Below, one piece after another: positions 49,261 to 58,613 of a stretch of DNA of 64,000 bases. The stretch spans positions 4,855 to 68,854 of the forward strand of contig DASYZR010000166.1 in assembly GCA_035945995.1 (NCBI GenBank). Direction: 5' to 3'. The stretch's first letter is position 1; every line of letters begins with the position of its first letter. Source of the DNA: a bacterium (GTDB lineage Bacteria; Sysuimicrobiota; Sysuimicrobiia; Sysuimicrobiales; Segetimicrobiaceae). The position numbers and the translations under genes were made by a program. The notes beneath the pieces were generated by a model that did no database searches, had not been told where the DNA came from, and saw only the letters and a list, made by a program, of their open reading frames with translations.

Positions 49261-50526
49261 TTACGTGTTGCGGACGACGGGGTTGCCGCCGAGGAGAACC
49301 ATCGCCGGACGCCGCAGGACCGCGAGGTTCTCGAGCGGATCCCCGGCGACCGCGATCATGTCGGCGTGGAGGCCTTCCCGCAGCGCGCCCACCTCATGGG
49401 CGATCCCTATGGCCGCGGCCGCCCCGGACGTCGCCTCGGTGAGCGCCTCTGCCGCGGACGCCCCGGACTCGTGCAGCAGCTCGAGCTCGGTCACGAGGCC
49501 GTCGAACGGGGTGAAGCGCCAGCCGGCATCGGTGCCGGCGACGTAGCGCACCCCCGCCCGCCGCATGCGCCGGGCATGATCGAGGTTGGCATCGTTCATC
49601 CGCCGCCACCGTTCCACGGCGGCCCGGTCTTCCCCCGTCGCCTCCGCCCGGGTCGAGAGTGCGCCGACCAGGAAGTGTCCGACGCACAGGGTCGACGTCA
49701 CCGCCACCTCCCGCTGCGCGACGGCGTCGGCCACGTCGGCCTCGAACCGCGAATGCCCCTCCGCGTCGGTGATGAAGAGCGCGTGTTCGATGTGGTCCGT
49801 CCCCGCGGCGATCGCGTTCCGGGTCGCCTGGGCGCAGGTGCAGTGGATGCCGACCCGGCGGTTGAGCCGGTGGGCCTCGTCCACGGCGGCGCGGAGCTCC
49901 TCGACCGTGTACGACGGCCGGGACGAGTCCGTCCCGCGGGTGCCGCCGCCGCTCCCCATGATCTTGATGTAATCGACGCCGGCCTTGGCGAGCGCGCGGA
50001 CCATCCGGCGCATGCCCTCGGGGCCGTCCGCCTCTCCGCCGAAATACCAGCAGTGCCCGCCGGTGATCGTGACGGGACAGCGGCACAGGTGCAGCCGGGG
50101 GACCTGGACGTACCCGAGGCGCTGGGCCCGCCGGAGATGCAGTGTGGTGTCGCGCATGCCGCCGCAGTCCCGCAGCGTGGTGATCCCGGCGCGCAGCGCG
50201 GCCTGGGCGTTCCGGAGCGCCGTCGCCAGCAGCACGCCGTCCGGCTCCCGCACGGAGTCTTCGAACGGCGTCCCGTCGCCGGGCAGCACCAGGTGTACGT
50301 GCGCGTCGATCAGCCCCGGCAGCAGCGTGTGGCCGGAGAGGTCGAGATGGGGCGTCCCGGCGGGCCAATCGCCGGGCGGCCCCGCACCACCCAAGACGCT
50401 GTGGATCATCCCGCCCCGCACGACGACCGTGGGATCCTCAATGGGCGGGCGGCCTGTCCCGTCGATCAGGCGGGACGCGCGGACGACCAGCCACCCGGGG
50501 GGAGCGGTCACGGCGCTATTCGGCAA
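49261..50526 (-). CDS. amidohydrolase family protein (metal-dependent hydrolase, TIM-barrel)
   Basis: Metal-binding HxH motif (LIDAHVHL) and further His/Asp ligand regions. 421 aa. Confidence 0.85.
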   Translation of the reverse strand: MPNSAVTAPPGWLVVRASRLIDGTGRPPIEDPTVVVRGGMIHSVLGGAGPPGDWPAGTPHLDLSGHTLLPGLIDAHVHLVLPGDGTPFEDSVREPDGVLLATALRNAQAALRAGITTLRDCGGMRDTTLHLRRAQRLGYVQVPRLHLCRCPVTITGGHCWYFGGEADGPEGMRRMVRALAKAGVDYIKIMGSGGGTRGTDSSRPSYTVEELRAAVDEAHRLNRRVGIHCTCAQATRNAIAAGTDHIEHALFITDAEGHSRFEADVADAVAQREVAVTSTLCVGHFLVGALSTRAEATGEDRAAVERWRRMNDANLDHARRMRRAGVRYVAGTDAGWRFTPFDGLVTELELLHESGASAAEALTEATSGAAAAIGIAHEVGALREGLHADMIAVAGDPLENLAVLRRPAMVLLGGNPVVRNT

Positions 50527-50547
50527 CGACCGTGTCGCTCACACGGC

Positions 50548-52152
50548 CTACTTGCCGATCGTCACATCGCCGAGCACGGGGTACGTCGAGAAGTTGTATT
50601 TCGTATCGTGCACGGTGTTGCGGATCACCCAGACGGACAGCTCGTCCACGAGCGGGATCGAGACGGCGTCGTTCATGAGGATCGTCTCCATCCGGTCGTA
50701 GATCACGCGCCGCTTCGCCGGATCGAACGCCGCGCGGCCATCGGCGATCAGCCTGTCCACTTCCGGATTCGCGTAGCACGACCAGTTGAAGTTGCCGCCG
50801 ACGTTTTGCGAGGCGAACAGCGCGTACAGCCCGTCCCAGTCCGTGGAGCGCAGGAACATCACCGGGCCGTTGGTGGCGCAGTGGTAGTTGTCCTCGTACC
50901 ACGGCGGCCGCGCCTGGCTCTTGATCTTGGCGTCGACGCCCAGCTGGAGCAATTGCCCCTGCAGCAGCTCGATCTCGGGCAGGTTGCCGCTGCCGTAGTT
51001 GATCGAATTGATCTCGATCGTGAGCGGCTGGCCGTTCTTGGTCCGGATGTTGCCGGGGCCCATCTTCCACCCGGCTTCGTCGAGCAGCGCCGCCGCCTTC
51101 TTCGGATCGTACTTGTACTTGGCGCACAGCGCCGGGGTGCCGAGCGTGTGCTGGGTGAGGGGCGCGCACGCCGCGGTGCCGGTTCCCCGGAAGACCGAGT
51201 CGACGAACGCGGCGCGATTGAGCCCGTAGAGGAGCGCCTGCCGCACCTTCACGTCGTTGGTCGGCGGCCTGCGGACGTTCAGGAGCCAGATCCGCGGCGC
51301 GCCGGGATACGGGTTCTTCTCCACGCGCAGGGCCTTGTTGCCCTCCAGGCGCCGGAGCACCGAGGCCGGCGTGTTGAGGAAGCTGATCATCTGCGTCTCG
51401 CCCGATTCCACCGTCGTGACGCGCGTGCCGGACTCCGGGATGAACTTCCACACGATCCGGTCGACGGCCGCCGGGCCCTGGCGGGTGCTGTACGGCGGCT
51501 TGCGGTTGTACTCGGCGTTGCGGACCAGCGTGACGTGGTCCTTGGCGACGTACTCGCTGACGGTGAACCGTCCGCTCCCCACCGGCTTCTGGTTGACCGC
51601 GTCGCCCTGCCCCGGCGTGGTCTTCGGCGAAATGAGCGACAGGGTCCCCCCGGAGACGTAGGTGAGGAAGGGCGCGTAGGGTTCTTTGAAGTTCACCCGG
51701 ACCGTGTAGGGATCCACGACCGTGGACCCGGCGTAGCCCGTCAGCGCGAGCAGCGCGCCGCCCGCTTTGAAGTTCGGGTTGACGATGCGGTCGAAGTTCC
51801 ACTTCACGGCCGCCGCGTCGACCGGAGCGCCGTCCGAAAACTTCGCGTCCTTCCGCAGCGCGAACGTGAACGACTTGCCGTCGGGCGCGGCCTTGTACCC
51901 GGTGGCCAGCCACGGGAGCAGCTTCCCGCCCAGGTCCTGGTACAGCAGGTTCTCCGCGACGTCCGTGATGATCTGGTAGGTCACGGCCGACGGCGACGCG
52001 GCCGGATCGAGCGTGGGCGGCTCCTGGTCCAGGCCGACGGTCAGCGTGCCCGGCGCGGCGCCGAGCGCCGGCGGACCGGCGCCGACGGCGGCGAGGGCGA
52101 GCAGCGTGAGGCAGAGCACGACGTGTCGCCACGCCGCGGGCAATCGACTCAA
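50548..52152 (-). CDS. ABC transporter substrate-binding protein, family 5
   Basis: Signal peptide (LSRLPAAWRHVVLCLTLLALAAVGA). Putative TTG start with a GGGAGG ribosome-binding site 7 nt upstream, overlapping the galT-like stop as TTGA. The listed ORF extends spuriously to 52263. Confidence 0.85.
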   Translation of the reverse strand: MSRLPAAWRHVVLCLTLLALAAVGAGPPALGAAPGTLTVGLDQEPPTLDPAASPSAVTYQIITDVAENLLYQDLGGKLLPWLATGYKAAPDGKSFTFALRKDAKFSDGAPVDAAAVKWNFDRIVNPNFKAGGALLALTGYAGSTVVDPYTVRVNFKEPYAPFLTYVSGGTLSLISPKTTPGQGDAVNQKPVGSGRFTVSEYVAKDHVTLVRNAEYNRKPPYSTRQGPAAVDRIVWKFIPESGTRVTTVESGETQMISFLNTPASVLRRLEGNKALRVEKNPYPGAPRIWLLNVRRPPTNDVKVRQALLYGLNRAAFVDSVFRGTGTAACAPLTQHTLGTPALCAKYKYDPKKAAALLDEAGWKMGPGNIRTKNGQPLTIEINSINYGSGNLPEIELLQGQLLQLGVDAKIKSQARPPWYEDNYHCATNGPVMFLRSTDWDGLYALFASQNVGGNFNWSCYANPEVDRLIADGRAAFDPAKRRVIYDRMETILMNDAVSIPLVDELSVWVIRNTVHDTKYNFSTYPVLGDVTIGK

Positions 52153-53231
52153 GGCGCACCTCCCTGGGCTCCGGTGGGACTGGCCACCGGGATCTTCGTC
52201 TCCCGGAGATACCGGGCCGCGTCCTCGGGCGGCACCGTATTGATGTAGAACCCGGACCCCCACTCGAACCCCGCGACCTGCGAGAGGCGCGGCAGCACCT
52301 CGATGTGCCAGTGGTAGAAGTGGTCAACCCTGGCGTCGTACGGGGCGGTGTGAATGATGTAGTTGTACGGCGGGTTGGCGAGACAGGCGTGGATCCGTCC
52401 CAGGACGGCCTGCACGGTCTCGGCGAGCGGCCGCAACTGCACGTCTTCGAGCGCGCCGAAGCTCGCGGTGTGGCGGCGGGGAAGGATCCAGAGCTCGAAC
52501 GGGCACCACGACGCGTACGGCGCGAAGGCGACGAACTCGTCGTTCTTCCACACGAGCCGCCGACCGTTCCCTTCCGGCCCTTCTCCCACCTCCTGACGGA
52601 GGATGTCGCAGAAGACGCAGCGGCCTTCGCGCGCGAAGTAGGCCTGGGCGCCCTCCAGTTCTTCCTCCGCCCGTTTCGGCACGATCGGCATGGCGATCAA
52701 CTGCGAGTGCGGATGCGCGAGCGACGCGCCCGCCTGCCGGCCATGGTTGCGGAACAGCAACAGGTACTTGAAACGCGGGTCGCCGTCGAGATCGCGGTAG
52801 CGCTCGCGGTACATCCACAGGACCGACGCGAACTGATCCGGACTCATCACCCCGGGATGCGCCGCGTGCTCGGGCGTCTCGATGATGACCTCGTGGGCGC
52901 CGACGCCACCCATGCCTTCGAACATGCCCTCCCAGGTGACGTCTGTCGATCCCTCGATGCGGAGCGCCGGGTACTTGTTCGGGACGACCCGCACCTGCCA
53001 GCCCGGCGTGTCGGGTGCGGTCCCCGGCCGGCGAATCGCGACGATCTCCGGCGGGGTGGTGCTCTCGTGGCCTTCGCAGAACGGACACGTCGATGACGGC
53101 GCGGCGAGCGGCTCGTTCTTGGCGAAGTCGCTCGGGCGGGCCGCCCGCTCGTTGGCGACGATCACCCACCGGCGGGTGATCGGATCTTTGCGCAGCTCGG
53201 GCACGGCATCCCTCCGTGGTTGGGACGGCAT
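52149..53231 (-). CDS. galT: galactose-1-phosphate uridylyltransferase family protein (GalT-like, HIT-like)
   Basis: HPH active-site motif (AHPHSQLIAMP) and Zn-binding Cys/His (CPFCEGH). Confidence 0.85.
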   Translation of the reverse strand: MPSQPRRDAVPELRKDPITRRWVIVANERAARPSDFAKNEPLAAPSSTCPFCEGHESTTPPEIVAIRRPGTAPDTPGWQVRVVPNKYPALRIEGSTDVTWEGMFEGMGGVGAHEVIIETPEHAAHPGVMSPDQFASVLWMYRERYRDLDGDPRFKYLLLFRNHGRQAGASLAHPHSQLIAMPIVPKRAEEELEGAQAYFAREGRCVFCDILRQEVGEGPEGNGRRLVWKNDEFVAFAPYASWCPFELWILPRRHTASFGALEDVQLRPLAETVQAVLGRIHACLANPPYNYIIHTAPYDARVDHFYHWHIEVLPRLSQVAGFEWGSGFYINTVPPEDAARYLRETKIPVASPTGAQGGAP

Positions 53232-53249
53232 CGGGTGCGGCGCGGAGGC

Positions 53250-54737
53250 CTAGGTGGGCGCGCCGGCGCGTTTCGCGGCGATCGCGCGCCGGTACGTCTC
53301 CACGTACCGCCCGGCCGCGCGCCCCCACGAGAAATCTTGCCGCATTCCGGTCTGCATGAGACGCGTCCACACCCCCCGGTTGCGGAACGTCGCCAGCGCG
53401 CGCTCGAGCGTCGCGCGCAGCGCCTCCGCGGCGTAGGCCTCGAAGACGAAGCCGTTGGCCGTCCCGCGGGCGACGGCATCCGGCGCGGCGTCCACGATGG
53501 TGTCGGCCAGTCCGCCGGTCTTGCGCACGACCGGGACCGTGCCGTAGCGTAGACTGTACAGCTGATTCAGACCGGACGGCTCGTACCGCGACGGCATGAG
53601 GAACATGTCCGCGCCGGCCTCGATCCGGTGGGCCAACGCGTCGTCGAACCCCAGGGTGACCGAGACGCGGCCGCGATGGCGCTCGTGGAACGCTTGGAAG
53701 ATCTCGTGATACTTGGGCTCGCCGGTGCCGAGCAGCGCGAACTGCGCTCCGCGCGCGACGAGCCGGTCGAGGACGGCGGCGACGAGGTCGAGGCCTTTCT
53801 GGTCGGCGAGCCGCGTGATCATGCCGACTGTGGGGACGTCCGGGGTCTCGCCGAGGCGCAGGGTGCGCTGCAGGTCCTGCTTGCAGACCGCTTTGCCCGC
53901 GAGGTCGTCCGGCGTGTAGCGCGCCGCGAGGTGCCGGTCGGTCGACGGATCCCATGCGCTGTAGTCCACGCCGTTGAGAATGCCGGTGAGATCGGCGGCG
54001 CGGTCCCGCAGCACGCCGTCCAGGCCGCAGCCGAACTCCGGCGTCTGAATCTCGCGGGCGTACTGTTCGCTCACGGTACTCAGCAGGTCGGCGAAGACCA
54101 GCCCGCCTTTGAGGAGGTTCACCTTGCCGAAAAACTCGAGGCCCTGCGGCGTGAAGACCCGCCGCGCGAGGCCGGTGACCGGGAAACGGTCGGGTGGAAA
54201 CAGCCCCTGGTATGCGAGGTTATGAATGGTAAACAGGGTCGCCGTGCGCTCGAGGCCGGGGGCCCGGGGCTCCTCGCGCAGCCACACCGGCAGCAGGGCC
54301 GTCTGCCAGTCCTGGCAATGCAGGACGTCGGGGCTCCATCCGAGGTGCCGGAGCAACGCGAGCACGCCGCGGCCGAACACGGTAAACCGCTCGAGGTTGT
54401 CCTCGTAGTCGGTCCCGCCCTCGCCGTAGAGGCCCGGGCGTCCGAACGACGGGTCGTGCGCGATGAGATACACCGGGACGGCGGTCTCCGGCAGCCGCCC
54501 TTCGAGCAGTGTGACGTCGGCCGAGGTACCGCCGAGTGATACGGCGGCGCGGCCGATCGTTTGAAAGGCGAAGCGGGTCCGGTCGATGGACCGGTAGCCG
54601 GGCAGCACGATCCGCACGTCGCAGCCCCGCTCGGCCAGCGCCCGCGGCAGCGCGCCCGCCACGTCGGCGAGCCCCCCGGTCTTGGCGAACGGCACCGCCT
54701 CCGACGTGCAGAAACAAACGCGGACGTTCTCGTTCAC
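53250..54737 (-). CDS. glgA: glycogen synthase (GT5, ADP-glucose type)
   Basis: KTGGLADVAGALPRAL motif near the N-terminus. GTG start overlaps the upstream small-gene stop as GTGA. 495 aa. Confidence 0.9.
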   Translation of the reverse strand: MNENVRVCFCTSEAVPFAKTGGLADVAGALPRALAERGCDVRIVLPGYRSIDRTRFAFQTIGRAAVSLGGTSADVTLLEGRLPETAVPVYLIAHDPSFGRPGLYGEGGTDYEDNLERFTVFGRGVLALLRHLGWSPDVLHCQDWQTALLPVWLREEPRAPGLERTATLFTIHNLAYQGLFPPDRFPVTGLARRVFTPQGLEFFGKVNLLKGGLVFADLLSTVSEQYAREIQTPEFGCGLDGVLRDRAADLTGILNGVDYSAWDPSTDRHLAARYTPDDLAGKAVCKQDLQRTLRLGETPDVPTVGMITRLADQKGLDLVAAVLDRLVARGAQFALLGTGEPKYHEIFQAFHERHRGRVSVTLGFDDALAHRIEAGADMFLMPSRYEPSGLNQLYSLRYGTVPVVRKTGGLADTIVDAAPDAVARGTANGFVFEAYAAEALRATLERALATFRNRGVWTRLMQTGMRQDFSWGRAAGRYVETYRRAIAAKRAGAPT

Positions 54738-55165
54738 GGCAGTCGCACCCGTATCGATCCGGCCGCGGCGCGGCCGTCGCCGGCGAGGTACGTCCCCGGC
54801 CGGAGAAACGTGACGTCGAGCGTGCCGCTGCTCCCATCCCGGAGCACGCCGGTGGAGGTCTCGATCCCGGGTCCCGTGATGGTCAACGCGCGCGGCACCC
54901 CCGACGTGTTGCGGACAACGAACCGCACCGAGCCCGGAAGCAGCAGCATGACGGCCGGATCGATGACGTCCGCGCCGAGGGTGATCTCGATTCGCTGTGA
55001 TTCGGCGGCTCTGACGGGCGGTTTCCAGACGCCGCGGCCGGCGGCGAGCGCCGCGAGGCCGACAATGCCCGCGCACAGGACGCCGCGGAGCACGCCGCGG
55101 AGCACGCGCACTGCCGGCCGCCGCACCCGCCGCTCCGCCGTGGCCGATACTTGATGCGGAGCGCT
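54734..55165 (-). CDS. hypothetical membrane-anchored protein with a beta-sandwich (cupredoxin-like) C-terminal domain
   Basis: GTG start. N-terminal TM helix (VLCAGIVGLAALAAG) and a beta-rich C-terminus (IEITLGADVIDPAVMLLLPGSVRFVVRNTS...). A 12-bp tandem repeat encodes VLRGVLRGVL. Confidence 0.5.
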   Translation of the reverse strand, partial: SAPHQVSATAERRVRRPAVRVLRGVLRGVLCAGIVGLAALAAGRGVWKPPVRAAESQRIEITLGADVIDPAVMLLLPGSVRFVVRNTSGVPRALTITGPGIETSTGVLRDGSSGTLDVTFLRPGTYLAGDGRAAAGSIRVRLP

Positions 55166-55385
55166 CACGGCCTCGTGGCTTCGTCGCCACGCGGGGGCGG
55201 TCCTCCACCATTCACCATGCGCCAGTGTCGAGGTTGTTCCCATGGCAACCCGGCCGCAGCGTCCCACTCCGGACTGAGACGCGCCCGGAGAGCAGGAGGT
55301 TCTCCCCGCCGGACGTAAGGATACGCCGCGGCTCGGCGCGCGGGCAGGCAAGACAGGGGCCGGGGGGCCACCGGGGGGACCAGTC

Positions 55386-56615
55386 ATGCGACAGGGTATG
55401 CGCGCGGTGGTAGGCGCGCTGATCGTGCCGGTGCTGTTGTTTGCGCTCGTCACGCCAGGCCGGCCGGCGGCAATGCCGGAGATCAAGATCGGTGCCGTCC
55501 TGCCGCTGACCGGCGCGTTCGGATCATCCGGCGGGTATTTCAAGCAGGGCTATACCCTGGCGATCGACGACGTCAACAAGGCCGGCGGCCTCGCGGTCGG
55601 ATCGCAGAAATACCGCCTGACCCTCGTCATCCTCGACGACGGCAGCGACGGCACGCGCTCGCGCAGCCTGGTCGAGAAGCTCGTCACCGACCAGCACGTG
55701 AACTTCCTGCTCGGCGGTTACGATACGTCGCTCGTCGAGGCTCAAGAGGTCGTGCCCGACCAGTACAAGATCCCCTACGTCGAGGGCGGCGGCGCGGCGT
55801 CCTCGATCTTCAAGCGCGGCTATAAGTACATCTTCGGGACCCTGGCGACGGTCTACGATCTCGGCGCGATCACGATGAACTTCATCTCGGCTCAGATCGC
55901 GGCCGGACACCTGCCGAAGCCGCTCACGATCGCCGCGGTGTGGGAGAATACGGACCACGGCAAGGACTACATCGACGCGATCACGGATCAGGCGAAGGCG
56001 CACCCGGATCTGTTCAAGGTCGTGCTCAATCAGTCGTTCCAGCTCAACGGCAGCGACTTTTCGCCGCTGCTGCAGCAGGTCAAGGCGTCGAACGCGGCGG
56101 CGTTCCTCTCCGACGCGCACCTGCCGGATTTCATCACGATGCACCGCCAGTATCTCCAGGCCGGCCTCTACCACCAGTTCGTGTCGTACGGCGCGCGCGG
56201 GCCGGATCAGAAGGGCCGGCAGGCGCTCGGGCCCGGCGCCGACTATCTCGTCGCGGGGCTGTGGTGGACCCCCGCCCTCAAAGACCCGGCGTCGCAGCTG
56301 TTCACGGAGCGGTGGACGAAGGAGTATCACGTGACCCCGGACTGGTTCCAGGCGCTCGCGTTCGAAACGGCCCGGGCGCTGCTCGCCGGCATCGGCCAGG
56401 CCGGCGCGGTGGACGGCCCGAAGGTCCGCGACGCGCTCGCGCATCTTGTGCTGCGCTCGATGCTCCCCGGCGGCGTGATCAAGTTCCAGCCGAACGGCCA
56501 GGTGGCGACGCCCTACGTGATGGTGCAAAACATGCCCGGCAACACGGTGCGGATCATCTGGCCCCGGAACCTGCCGGAGACGCGGGCGGCGCTTCTGCCG
56601 ATGCCGAAGCCGTAG
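55386..56615 (+). CDS. branched-chain amino acid ABC transporter substrate-binding protein (LivK/LivJ family)
   Basis: Signal peptide and a periplasmic-binding-protein type I fold (IKIGAVLPLTGAF..., FLLGGYDTSL). Confidence 0.9.
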   Translation: MRQGMRAVVGALIVPVLLFALVTPGRPAAMPEIKIGAVLPLTGAFGSSGGYFKQGYTLAIDDVNKAGGLAVGSQKYRLTLVILDDGSDGTRSRSLVEKLVTDQHVNFLLGGYDTSLVEAQEVVPDQYKIPYVEGGGAASSIFKRGYKYIFGTLATVYDLGAITMNFISAQIAAGHLPKPLTIAAVWENTDHGKDYIDAITDQAKAHPDLFKVVLNQSFQLNGSDFSPLLQQVKASNAAAFLSDAHLPDFITMHRQYLQAGLYHQFVSYGARGPDQKGRQALGPGADYLVAGLWWTPALKDPASQLFTERWTKEYHVTPDWFQALAFETARALLAGIGQAGAVDGPKVRDALAHLVLRSMLPGGVIKFQPNGQVATPYVMVQNMPGNTVRIIWPRNLPETRAALLPMPKP

Positions 56616-56637
56616 CCCGGCGCTCGCCCGGCGCGAG

Positions 56638-57519
56638 GTGTTCACCGCTCAAAACCTGATCTCGATCTGCATCACGTCGATTTTGACGGCGGGCCTGTAC
56701 GCGGTCATGTCGTACGGTCTCGCCATCATTTACGGCGTCATGAAGGTCATCAACCTCAGCAACGCGGGTTTTCTCATGCTCGGGAGCTTCATGGCGCTCG
56801 TCTACTTCCAGGCGTGGCACCTCGATCCGATCGCCGGTGCGTTTCTCAACATGCCGCTCTTCTTCGCCGCCGGCTGGCTCGTGTACGTGGCGCTGGTGCG
56901 GCGCGTGCGCCAAGCGCTCCCGATCGCGTCGCTGCTCATGCTGTTCGGGCTGTGGCTCGTGCTGCAGAACACCGCGCTCGCGGTGTGGGGCAGCGAAGAC
57001 CAGTCGATCATCACGCGGTACACCTACAAGGCGCTGCCGTTCTTCGACTTTCGGGTCGCGTTGACGCGGCTCGTGGTCTTCGCCGTCGCGCTCGCCGTGA
57101 TGGCGGTGCTCCATGTCCTGATCAACCACACCTACGTCGGCAAGGCGCTGCGGGCGACCGTGCAGGACCCGCAGGCCGCGCTGCTCGCCGGCATCGACAC
57201 GGAGCGGATCAGCGCGCTCGCCTTCGGCGTCGGCACCGCCTTCGCCGGGTTCGCCGGCGGCCTCATGACCCTGCTGTTCAGCTTCACCCCCGACTTCGGC
57301 GCCCCGTTTCAGTTGAAGAGCTTCACGATCATCGTGCTCGGCGGGCTCGAGAACCTCGCCGGCGTGACGGTCGGGGCGGCGATCCTGGCGTTCGCGGAGT
57401 CGTTCGCGGTGCTCTTCATGCGGGCCAGCTTGCAGAACGTCGTCGCCTACGCGCTCCTCGTCGTCGCGCTCATCGTCATGCCGGGCGGCGTCGCCTCGCT
57501 GTTCGGGCGGCGCTCGTGA
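56638..57519 (+). CDS. livH: branched-chain amino acid ABC transporter permease
   Basis: LivH-like 8-TM permease. GTG start. Confidence 0.9.
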   Translation: MFTAQNLISICITSILTAGLYAVMSYGLAIIYGVMKVINLSNAGFLMLGSFMALVYFQAWHLDPIAGAFLNMPLFFAAGWLVYVALVRRVRQALPIASLLMLFGLWLVLQNTALAVWGSEDQSIITRYTYKALPFFDFRVALTRLVVFAVALAVMAVLHVLINHTYVGKALRATVQDPQAALLAGIDTERISALAFGVGTAFAGFAGGLMTLLFSFTPDFGAPFQLKSFTIIVLGGLENLAGVTVGAAILAFAESFAVLFMRASLQNVVAYALLVVALIVMPGGVASLFGRRS

Positions 57520-58613
57520 CCCCGTCTGACGCGGGGCGGGCGGCCCCGTCTGACGCGGGGCGGACGGCCCCGTCCGGCGCGGGGCCGCGGATCCGCCCGG
57601 CGGCGTTTGCGGCCCCGGCCCTCGGGATCGCGCTCGCGCTGGTGCCGGTCTTCGCCCCGCGGAACATCACGCTGCTGAACCTCGGGTTCTTCACGTTCCT
57701 CTACGTCGCCCAGGGCCTCGCCTGGAACATCCTCGGCGGGTTCGCCGGGTACGTGTCGTTCGGCTACGCCGCGTTCTTCGGGCTCGGCGCGTACACCACC
57801 GCGCTCTTGTGGCTCGGCGGCTGGACGCCGGTGCTGACGTTTCCCCTCGCCGGCCTCGTCGCCGCGGCGTTCTCGCTGGTCGTGGGCGTGCCGACGCTGC
57901 GGTTGGCCGGGCCCTACTTCTCGATCGCCACGATCGGCGTCGGCGAGGCGATGCGGATCCTGATGCTCAACCTCGACCGGTTCACCGGGGGCGCCTCCGG
58001 GCTCAATCTGCCGACGGTCGTGCCGTCCAAGGCGTGGTTCTATCTCGCGGCCCTGGTCATGGCGGCGGTCGCCTACGTCACCGCGACGTGGATCCGCGGC
58101 TCGCGATTCGGCCTCGGGCTGGCGGCGCTGCGGATGGATCTGGAGGCCGCGGAGACGCTCGGCGTCCGCACCGCCTTGTTCAAGAATGTGGCGCACGTGA
58201 TCAGCGCGTTTCTCGTGGGCGTCTGCGGCGGCCTCTTCGCGACCTATTTCCAGTACCTGCACCCCGACACCGTCTTCAGCTTCACGGAGAGCATCAGTCT
58301 CGTCCTGATCGCCCTCATCGGCGGCCTGGGGACGATATGGGGACCGATTCTCGGCGCCGCGGTGTTCTACGCGGTGCAGGACTACCTGCAGACCTCGTAC
58401 CCTACGTTTCACCTGCTGGCCTACGGCGTGCTGCTGATCGTGATCCTGCTGTTCGAACCGCGGGGCCTCGCCGGGCTGGCGGCGCGGCTCTGGGGGCGAC
58501 GGCGGGCCCCGGTCCCCATAGCGGTGGCGCCGCCGCTGCCCGGGATGATTGCTCCGCCATCGGCGGCCGCCGCCGTGCCCGGCGAAACCGGAAGCCACGA
58601 GCGGCCGGCATGA
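57516..58613 (+). CDS. livM: branched-chain amino acid ABC transporter permease
   Basis: LivM-like permease. GTG start overlaps the livH stop as GTGA. The N-terminal tail is encoded by tandem 21-24 bp repeats. Confidence 0.85.
   Translation: MTPSDAGRAAPSDAGRTAPSGAGPRIRPAAFAAPALGIALALVPVFAPRNITLLNLGFFTFLYVAQGLAWNILGGFAGYVSFGYAAFFGLGAYTTALLWLGGWTPVLTFPLAGLVAAAFSLVVGVPTLRLAGPYFSIATIGVGEAMRILMLNLDRFTGGASGLNLPTVVPSKAWFYLAALVMAAVAYVTATWIRGSRFGLGLAALRMDLEAAETLGVRTALFKNVAHVISAFLVGVCGGLFATYFQYLHPDTVFSFTESISLVLIALIGGLGTIWGPILGAAVFYAVQDYLQTSYPTFHLLAYGVLLIVILLFEPRGLAGLAARLWGRRRAPVPIAVAPPLPGMIAPPSAAAAVPGETGSHERPA
57520..57590. repeat. three tandem copies of a GC-rich hairpin unit GCCCCGTCTGACGCGGGGCGG (variants), embedded in the livM 5' coding region
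   Basis: Seen directly in the sequence: CCCCGTCTGACGCGGGG twice, then CCCCGTCCGGCGCGGGG. Each unit is a 5-bp stem (CCCCG/CGGGG) with a 7-nt loop. Confidence 0.7.

Noticed and set aside
49237-52248. 1003-aa plus-strand ORF across the amidohydrolase and substrate-binding-protein genes
   Set aside because: Antisense artifact with no domain signatures.
52324-53955. 543-aa minus-strand ORF overlapping galT and glgA in other frames
   Set aside because: Arg-rich low-complexity product. galT and glgA in their own frames have clear active-site motifs.
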